From: Candidatus Anstonellales archaeon
GTDB lineage: Archaea; Micrarchaeota; Micrarchaeia; Anstonellales; J096
Reading direction: 5' to 3'
Assembly: GCA_038740615.1 (NCBI GenBank)
Contig: JAVYLQ010000004.1
Coordinates: forward strand, 1 to 38,269
DNA length: 38,269 nucleotides
This document shows positions 30,013 through 36,404 of this stretch, piece by piece. Position 1 is the first letter of the stretch. Every line of letters begins with the position of its first letter. Under the pieces are notes generated by a model, which made no database searches, was not told where the DNA came from, and worked only from the letters and a program-made list of their open reading frames with translations. The position numbers were made by a program, and so were the translations under genes.

Positions 30013-31370
30013 AATTTGACGATTTGCTAGAATTAGGAGATATTGTGGATATAAGATATCCTGCTAAGGGATTTATAGTAATAAAACCATATGGTATGTT
30101 AGCTATTAAGAATCTGTATAGATTGTTTGAAAGAGAATTGGAAATCGACGGGCATGAGCCTGTACATTTTCCTGCGGTTATTCCTGAGAGAAATCTGAGA
30201 TTAGAAGAAGAACATTTCAAAGGATTTGAAGGGGAAGTATTCTGGATCACCAGGGCAGGTCTGAATGAATTGGAAGAGAGATATGTCCTTAGACCCACCT
30301 CTGAGACAGCTATCTACCCTATGTATGCCTTATGGATAAAGAGCTACAGGGATCTTCCAGTGAAGTACTATCTCTCGGGAACTGTGTGGAGGTATGAGAC
30401 AAAATCAACCAGACCACTAATAAGAGGGAGAGAATTTCTGTGGATAGAAACCCATGATGCTTTCAGAAATGAGAACGAGGCTAGATCGCAGATAAGCAGA
30501 GATCTTGAAATCTCTAGGAGAGTAATTAGAGATAGATTGAAACTAGATTTTATTATGGTTAAGAGACCGAGCTGGGATAGATTTGCTGGAGCTGTGGATA
30601 CCTATGCTGTTGATACTCTGCTTCCAGATGGGAAGGTGTTACAGATAGCTACAACACACTATCTAGGAGAGAATTTTGCTAGAGTATTTAATGTAAAATA
30701 TATGGATGATACTGAAACAGATAGATATGTCCATCAGACATGTTTTGGAATAGGTATAAACAGAATTCTAGCGGCAACCATATATAATCATGCTGATGAC
30801 ACAGGTCTGAGACTCCCCAGTTCCATAGCACCATACCAAGCAGTTATAATACCTATACATCCAGTTAGCGATATGTATATAGATAGAGTAATAGAGATCT
30901 ATTCTAAGTATAGGATAAAAGTTGATAGGAGAGAAGGAATAACCCCGGGGAATAAATTCTATTACTGGGACAAGAGAGGAGTTCCTATCAAAATAATCGT
31001 TGGTAAGAGAGAGGAGGAAAACAGTACAATCACCGTATCCACTAGATCTGGGATAAAAGAAACAATACCTCTGGGGGAGGATCTAGATAAGTATTTTGAA
31101 TACTATGATGATAGTATCAAACAGACCTTGAAGATATATGATGCAAAAGATCTGGAAGATTTGAAGAAGATCTTGGATGCTGGTGGGATAGCAAGGGCCC
31201 CATTCTGCAGTGTAGAGAAGGAGGGGGAAGAATGCTATAGAGTCATCAAAGAGCGATTCAAAGCAGAGATCAGAGGAGTGAGAATAGATGTAGACGAGAA
31301 ACCTGAAGGGAAATGTATTGTATCTGGTAGAAAGGCAGAGTATGTAGTATATATTGCAAAGCAATATTAA
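30009..31370 (+). CDS. proS: Prolyl-tRNA synthetase (archaeal/eukaryotic type)
   Basis: GFEGEV.W, LRPTSET, SYRDLP, R.E...RPLIR.REFLW.E.H, QTCFG...R, C-terminal AKQY. Confidence 0.96.
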   Translation: MKFDDLLELGDIVDIRYPAKGFIVIKPYGMLAIKNLYRLFERELEIDGHEPVHFPAVIPERNLRLEEEHFKGFEGEVFWITRAGLNELEERYVLRPTSETAIYPMYALWIKSYRDLPVKYYLSGTVWRYETKSTRPLIRGREFLWIETHDAFRNENEARSQISRDLEISRRVIRDRLKLDFIMVKRPSWDRFAGAVDTYAVDTLLPDGKVLQIATTHYLGENFARVFNVKYMDDTETDRYVHQTCFGIGINRILAATIYNHADDTGLRLPSSIAPYQAVIIPIHPVSDMYIDRVIEIYSKYRIKVDRREGITPGNKFYYWDKRGVPIKIIVGKREEENSTITVSTRSGIKETIPLGEDLDKYFEYYDDSIKQTLKIYDAKDLEDLKKILDAGGIARAPFCSVEKEGEECYRVIKERFKAEIRGVRIDVDEKPEGKCIVSGRKAEYVVYIAKQY

Positions 31371-31372
31371 CC

Positions 31373-32308
31373 ATGGATATATATAGAGTAGATAAGGAGA
31401 TTAATAAAACCACAGAATACAGATTAAATGATAGTAGTAAGTATATATTGGTCTTGGAACGAGGTAAAGATGATGTTTATGGAAATCTGACTCAGTTGAA
31501 TATAGATCCTCTGTTCATTCAAGATACTATTCAGGAAGATGTGATCAAATACGAAAATATCGATGAATTGAGTATTTTTACCCTACTCGTCAATACCTTT
31601 GATATACAGAATAATTCAGTACAATCATACCAATTCTCTATAATAATTCGAGATAATATTATCGCATTTATTGTAGATAATCTAACTCGGGAATATGTTA
31701 ATAGAATCCTGAAAATATATACATCCAAGAGAAATTACTCAGTACAGTATTTAATATATCTTACAATCCATTCGATTCTGACTGATAATATAATGATACT
31801 AGATTATTTAGAGAGCAAATTCATTACCTATGAGAGAAACCTCTCAAATCTCTCTGCTCTGGGTGAAGTGGATTACAAGCAAATCTATCAAATATTCGAT
31901 ATAAAGGATGCTTTGAGCGTACTTAAAAGACAGAGTATCTTATACAGAGAAGTATTTGTCAATATAAAAAATGATATATTCAACCAGGATAGTTTGATAT
32001 ATTATGAAGATCTAGTGGATAGATCAAATATGCTAAGTAAGGATATAGATATATTAAATGATAGGATACAGAACTTCGTAACCCAGATGTTGCTAATAAT
32101 GAACTTCAGTGCAGCTGAAGCTACCAAGCTCCTATCAGCAATATCAGCTATATTCTTACCTATGTCTGTGGTTGCAGGAATCTATGGCATGAATTTTGCC
32201 AACATGCCGGAATTAGAACATCCTATGGGTTATTATTTCGCTCTTCTGATGATAATAATAAGTGGAGTAATATCTTTTTATATCATGAAGAAAAAGAGAT
32301 ATATTTAA
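31373..32308 (+). CDS. corA: CorA-family Mg2+ transporter
   Basis: YGMNF..MPEL signature, two C-terminal TMs, KKKRYI tail. Confidence 0.93.
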   Translation: MDIYRVDKEINKTTEYRLNDSSKYILVLERGKDDVYGNLTQLNIDPLFIQDTIQEDVIKYENIDELSIFTLLVNTFDIQNNSVQSYQFSIIIRDNIIAFIVDNLTREYVNRILKIYTSKRNYSVQYLIYLTIHSILTDNIMILDYLESKFITYERNLSNLSALGEVDYKQIYQIFDIKDALSVLKRQSILYREVFVNIKNDIFNQDSLIYYEDLVDRSNMLSKDIDILNDRIQNFVTQMLLIMNFSAAEATKLLSAISAIFLPMSVVAGIYGMNFANMPELEHPMGYYFALLMIIISGVISFYIMKKKRYI

Positions 32309-32345
32309 AAATATTTTTTATTAATTAATCAATAACGATCCTAAA

Positions 32346-33602
32346 ATGAAACAGAAAATCCTGATAATATCCGAAGGAGGGGCAGGACTCCCAGTAGCAG
32401 TGCAGACTGAACCTAGCCCGAGGCTATACGTAGATAGTGCTTTTCTAAATGTTATAACAGCTCTGATCATTGCTAAGCGGCATAAGAGAGGAGGGGATGA
32501 TGTTACTGTAAGATTTGGAGTACAGTATTTTACAAGTGCAAACGAGTACCATATTCCAGAGAGTTTTGAAAGCTATTTCTACCGTAATTATAGTAGCGGT
32601 AATTATAGTCGTGTGAAGGATTATGGATTAATCGAATTCTTAGATCAGTTCCAGTTGGCAGAAGAGGATAGAAAGCGCCTGCAATTACATCTGTCAATGT
32701 TTCTAGATTATATCGGTAGAGCGCCTGTTGTCTATAGCTATAATGAACACAGTTTCAGAGACATGTTCAATTATATGGGAAAGATGCAGAAGATTATTAG
32801 TATAAATAATGAATACGGTGAATTGCCATTCAAGTTAGAGTTGAATCAAAATCCAAACACCGTAACTAAAGCGTTAATAGAATTTATCGCTAAAACCCTT
32901 AAGATTCAGAATGATATTGAAATCATATTTGATGAAGGTCCTAGACTAGAGTTGAGCAAAGAACAGATTCTTAAGATGATACCAGATAATTTAAAAACAT
33001 TCAAGAAACATTTCAGAGAAATACTAGGGCATCTATATACTTTTATGATCGAGGATCTAGGATACACTCCACCAGATTCATTTCCAATAACAATTGCTTC
33101 TGAAAAGGGGGAAATCTACAATGGCATCAGATATCTGTTTAATGATAAAAACTATGTGAAATTCGTTAGAACATACATGGGTCAAAATCTTGGATATTTT
33201 GATTCTAGAAAGCTCGATAGAAATGAATTGATTGGTAGAATTGAAAAACAGTCATCACCATTCTATTTTAAATTCCCCATAGCAGTATTCGAAGGAGAGA
33301 TGATAATACCTATACAAAGTGCAGATGTACTTCTTGATAGGGAGAAATTCTCTGAATGGAAAAATCAAAATAAAGATGCTGCAAAAGAATACTCTAAAGT
33401 GTATGTTGTAGAAGGAATAGACGGCTACGAGGGTAATCCTCATACCATAGGGTTAAGAGAACGTATAATTAGATACTTTGCCTCTGATGATAAATATATC
33501 CGAGTCAGATCACCTAATATAACAGAATTAGAATATTCAAGTAAATACGTTGAACATTTAACTAAACTGATAAAACATATGGAAGAATCTTTCCGGGACT
33601 AA
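32346..33602 (+). CDS. Hypothetical protein; possible degenerate class I lysyl-tRNA synthetase catalytic-domain paralogue
   Basis: Collinear weak blocks resembling the LysRS1 Rossmann fold (see findings); no HIGH histidine. Confidence 0.5.
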   Translation: MKQKILIISEGGAGLPVAVQTEPSPRLYVDSAFLNVITALIIAKRHKRGGDDVTVRFGVQYFTSANEYHIPESFESYFYRNYSSGNYSRVKDYGLIEFLDQFQLAEEDRKRLQLHLSMFLDYIGRAPVVYSYNEHSFRDMFNYMGKMQKIISINNEYGELPFKLELNQNPNTVTKALIEFIAKTLKIQNDIEIIFDEGPRLELSKEQILKMIPDNLKTFKKHFREILGHLYTFMIEDLGYTPPDSFPITIASEKGEIYNGIRYLFNDKNYVKFVRTYMGQNLGYFDSRKLDRNELIGRIEKQSSPFYFKFPIAVFEGEMIIPIQSADVLLDREKFSEWKNQNKDAAKEYSKVYVVEGIDGYEGNPHTIGLRERIIRYFASDDKYIRVRSPNITELEYSSKYVEHLTKLIKHMEESFRD

Positions 33603-33633
33603 AGTATTTAAATAATTATTACTGAATTAACTT

Positions 33634-33882
33634 ATGGCAAAGATGAGTATTATATATCAAATAAATCTTGATCAGGAGATGATAGATCAGGTATCTGAGA
33701 TACTGAAAGACCAGTACGATGCTAAAGACGTGAAAATTGTGGAAATAGGATTTGGTATCAGAGCTCTGCAAGTGTTGTTTATACTAGATGAAGGGTACCC
33801 TATAGATGAGCTGGAGATGAAATTGGGGGAAATAGAAGGCGTATCATCTGTACAAGTAGTTGGAATGAACAGATTAGGGTAG
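33634..33882 (+). CDS. ef1b: Translation elongation factor aEF-1beta
   Basis: EIGFGIRAL, D.LE..L..IEGVSSVQV..M.RL; 82 aa. Confidence 0.88.
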   Translation: MAKMSIIYQINLDQEMIDQVSEILKDQYDAKDVKIVEIGFGIRALQVLFILDEGYPIDELEMKLGEIEGVSSVQVVGMNRLG

Positions 33883-33884
33883 AG

Positions 33885-33977
33885 AGCCGGGTGTGGGAGT
33901 CGAACCCACCTACACCGGTTTCTACTTTGTAACTGGAGCATCTGCAGCCGGTTGCGTAGCCGCTCCGCCAACCCGGC
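33885..33977 (-). tRNA. tRNA-Cys(GCA) with a 22-nt intron at 37/38 (intron 33920-33941)
   Basis: Minus strand: GCCGGGT/ACCCGGC acceptor, U73, anticodon stem ACCGG/CCGGT, loop CT-GCA-G^A, T-arm GTGGG-TTCGACT-CCCAC; splice helix CUGC:GUAG with 3-nt AA^A bulge (relaxed BHB). Confidence 0.94.
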
Positions 33978-34013
33978 ATTTCTTATTTAAAATATTACAT
34001 TTAAAAATAATAC

Positions 34014-34520
34014 ATGCACTCAATATTAGCTGGAATTCTAATTGGGGCGATCTCTAAATATCTTGACGATGCCCCTCTGACCAACCTAAACATTTTGCTC
34101 ATAATAATATCCTTACCACTATGGTATTTATATTTATCAGATTTCCTGCTTATAGGGTTAGCACTGTTATTAGCTGTGCTAATGGCAGAGAAGATAGATA
34201 CCATTACACTATCTCTCTATTATGTTATAGCAGTTATTGCCCTATTTGCAGTATTACTGACAACAGATCAATCAGGATTCAGATTGGCACCTTTTCTCAT
34301 ATATCTTATAGCTCTATATTATGATGAAAGAGAAATCAAAATATTAGGCATGGAAAGAGTTCTCATATACTTAGGAATTTTAATATCATCTATTATTGCA
34401 ATATATCTACATGTAACAGCTGGACTTGATCTTCAACCATATCTAAAGGATCTTATAGGAATTATTAGCTTTGATATAGGTTATATAATAACTAGCAGAT
34501 TCATTACTCAAAAGATTTAA
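34014..34520 (+). CDS. Hypothetical multi-pass membrane protein
   Basis: Several hydrophobic helices with loop acidic motifs (K..DD, KID, DE). Confidence 0.7.
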   Translation: MHSILAGILIGAISKYLDDAPLTNLNILLIIISLPLWYLYLSDFLLIGLALLLAVLMAEKIDTITLSLYYVIAVIALFAVLLTTDQSGFRLAPFLIYLIALYYDEREIKILGMERVLIYLGILISSIIAIYLHVTAGLDLQPYLKDLIGIISFDIGYIITSRFITQKI

Positions 34521-34543
34521 AAATGTTTTTATAAATATAGAAT

Positions 34544-34571
34544 TGCCGATTACCACTTGTAGTGGGAGGTA
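34544..34571 (+). promoter_or_regulatory. Putative uL1-binding autoregulatory RNA leader
   Basis: UGCC-GAUUA-CCACU-UGU-AGUGG-GA-GGUA: two helices with a 5+2 internal loop resembling the 23S uL1 site; covers the GGAGGT SD of rpl1. Confidence 0.65.
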
Positions 34572-34578
34572 GATAATA

Positions 34579-35214
34579 ATGAAAGAAATCAGAGAAGGTT
34601 TGGAGGCTGCACTTGCAGCTAAGGTTAAGAGGAATTTTCTACAGAGTGTAGAGATGATAGTGAACTTTAGAGGAGTTGATTTTAAGAAAAACAGACTAAC
34701 AATATCAATCAATCTTCCAAAAGGTAAGGGTAAGCCAAATAACATAGTAGTGGTAGCAGATGAAGCCACTGTATACAAGCTCAAGAATTCTGGTCTGGAA
34801 ATAAAATATCTACTTAAACCCGAGGAGATTTCCAATGTAAATATTAAAGATATTAAGAAAATTGCAAGGAGAGGGATATTCTATGTAATGCCTCAATTCA
34901 TACCTAATGTAGCTAAGGTATGGGGTAAGATTTTGGGAAGCAGAGGTAACACAATATTACCTCTAGTGGGTGATCCGATCAAGTTGGTAGAATCTGCTAA
35001 GAACATAGTTAGATTTAGCTCCAGGGGAAAGTTCTTACCAACCGCTCAATTTACTATAGGTGCGGAGAATATGAGTATAGATGATCTATATGATAATGCA
35101 ATGGCTATAATTGAAGAATTGGATAAGAGAAAGCTTAGATCTAATATCAGATCCATATACTTCAAATTATCAATGTCTCCTCCTGTTAAGGTTAAAATGG
35201 GTGAAACACAATGA
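34579..35214 (+). CDS. rpl1: 50S ribosomal protein uL1
   Basis: KRNF.QSVE...NF..VD, LP.G.GK, G..LG.RG, IG.E.M, K.SMSP. Confidence 0.95.
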   Translation: MKEIREGLEAALAAKVKRNFLQSVEMIVNFRGVDFKKNRLTISINLPKGKGKPNNIVVVADEATVYKLKNSGLEIKYLLKPEEISNVNIKDIKKIARRGIFYVMPQFIPNVAKVWGKILGSRGNTILPLVGDPIKLVESAKNIVRFSSRGKFLPTAQFTIGAENMSIDDLYDNAMAIIEELDKRKLRSNIRSIYFKLSMSPPVKVKMGETQ

Positions 35215-36029
35215 AGAGAAAAGAGATGTTACAATCTCAAGTTCAGGAACTCCTAGAATTATCTAAGAAATTTCCTAATATAATCCTAATCGATATAAGA
35301 AAGATTCCTGCCCAATTACAGAAAAATATCAGATCTAAAATTCCTGGTTACAAAAGAGTATTGAAAAAGACTGTTGTGAATAGAGTATTGAAAGCACTGG
35401 GTTCGAACTACAGTGTGGATTATCCTGTAATGTTTATATTTACAGAACTTACTCCTTATCGAGTAGAGAAGATTTTGAGAGCTGAAGTATTGCCTGTAGC
35501 TGCAAAACCAGGACAGATAGCTGATAGAGATATTATTGTAGAGGAAACAGAGACCAATCTCCCTCCAGGTCCGTCACTATCTGTGCTGAAACAGGCTGGA
35601 TTAGATGCCAGAGTTGACAAAGGTAAGATAAAGATAGCTAAAACATCTACATTGGTTAGAGCAGGTCAGGTTATTACCACAAATCATGTACAGGCACTAC
35701 AGTTGTTAGGAATCAAACCATTCACAATCAGAGCTAAGATAAGTTATGGGTTTGATGGATCTACAGAATTCAGATCTGAAGTATTTGAATTGGATTCTGA
35801 AAAATTACAGGAAGAGATCGTTGGGTCATTGGGTAGTGCCATCAATCTAGCTGTGAATGCATCTTATCCTAACACATCATCTATAGAACTTATAGTGATA
35901 AATGCGGTGAATCAGGCAATCAATCTATCAACTAATTCAGGTTATTATTCACCAATGAGCATAGGAAATATAATATATAAAAATATATTGATAGGTAATA
36001 ATATTAAGGTGATAACAAATGAAAGTTGA
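35211..36029 (+). CDS. rpl10: 50S ribosomal protein uL10 (aP0), lacking the acidic C-terminal tail
   Basis: AKPG.IA..DI.V...T..PPGP insertion domain, L..LGI.P, A.NL..N..YP spine repeats. Confidence 0.93.
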   Translation: MKRKEMLQSQVQELLELSKKFPNIILIDIRKIPAQLQKNIRSKIPGYKRVLKKTVVNRVLKALGSNYSVDYPVMFIFTELTPYRVEKILRAEVLPVAAKPGQIADRDIIVEETETNLPPGPSLSVLKQAGLDARVDKGKIKIAKTSTLVRAGQVITTNHVQALQLLGIKPFTIRAKISYGFDGSTEFRSEVFELDSEKLQEEIVGSLGSAINLAVNASYPNTSSIELIVINAVNQAINLSTNSGYYSPMSIGNIIYKNILIGNNIKVITNES

Positions 36030-36321
36030 TCCATATGTACATGCAGCATTAGTGTTGTATGGTGCTGGTAAGCAGATAGATGTAGAGAGTCTAAAGGCTG
36101 TGGTGTCTGCAGCTGGAGTATCTGTAGATGAGGCTAAAGTAAAAGTTCTAGTAGATGCTCTTAAGGATGTAAACTTGGAGGAGGCAATAGCTAAAGCTGC
36201 AGCAGCTCCTGTAGCAGCAGCCCCTGTTGCCCAGGAGACTAAGACAGAAGAGAAGAAGGAAGAGAAAGAGGAGAAGAAAGAGGATGATGGAGCAGCAGGA
36301 TTGGCAGCTCTATTTGGATAG
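36019..36321 (+). CDS. rpl12: Ribosomal stalk protein aP1 (L12)
   Basis: YVHAAL.L, Ala-rich hinge, acidic stretch, GLAALFG terminus. Confidence 0.96.
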   Translation: MKVDPYVHAALVLYGAGKQIDVESLKAVVSAAGVSVDEAKVKVLVDALKDVNLEEAIAKAAAAPVAAAPVAQETKTEEKKEEKEEKKEDDGAAGLAALFG

Positions 36322-36328
36322 ATCACCA

Positions 36329-36377
36329 AACCTCTTTCATTTTATTTTCCCTCTGTTTTTCATGAAAGGTTATTTTT
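36329..36377 (+). terminator. Probable T-rich terminator of the uL1 operon, with imperfect inverted repeat
   Basis: Several T tracts after the rpl12 stop; AACC(TC)TTTCAT..ATGAAAGGTT followed by ATTTTT. Confidence 0.4.
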
Positions 36378-36404
36378 AAATTAAATTGTTGTTAATAATT
36401 ATTT

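Noticed and set aside
33920..33950. Alternative splicing of pre-tRNA-Cys to give a CCA-anticodon tRNA
   Set aside because: Would need a second 9-nt excision with no bulge-helix motif; CUCC:GUAG has a mismatch whereas CUGC:GUAG pairs fully; acceptor stem and U73 are Cys-type.
33687..33971. 94-aa minus-strand ORF
   Set aside because: Reads through the tRNA-Cys gene and is antisense to aEF-1beta.
36180..36300. Low-complexity GCA/GCT and GAA/AAG repeats
   Set aside because: Explained by the Ala hinge and Glu/Lys tail of aP1.
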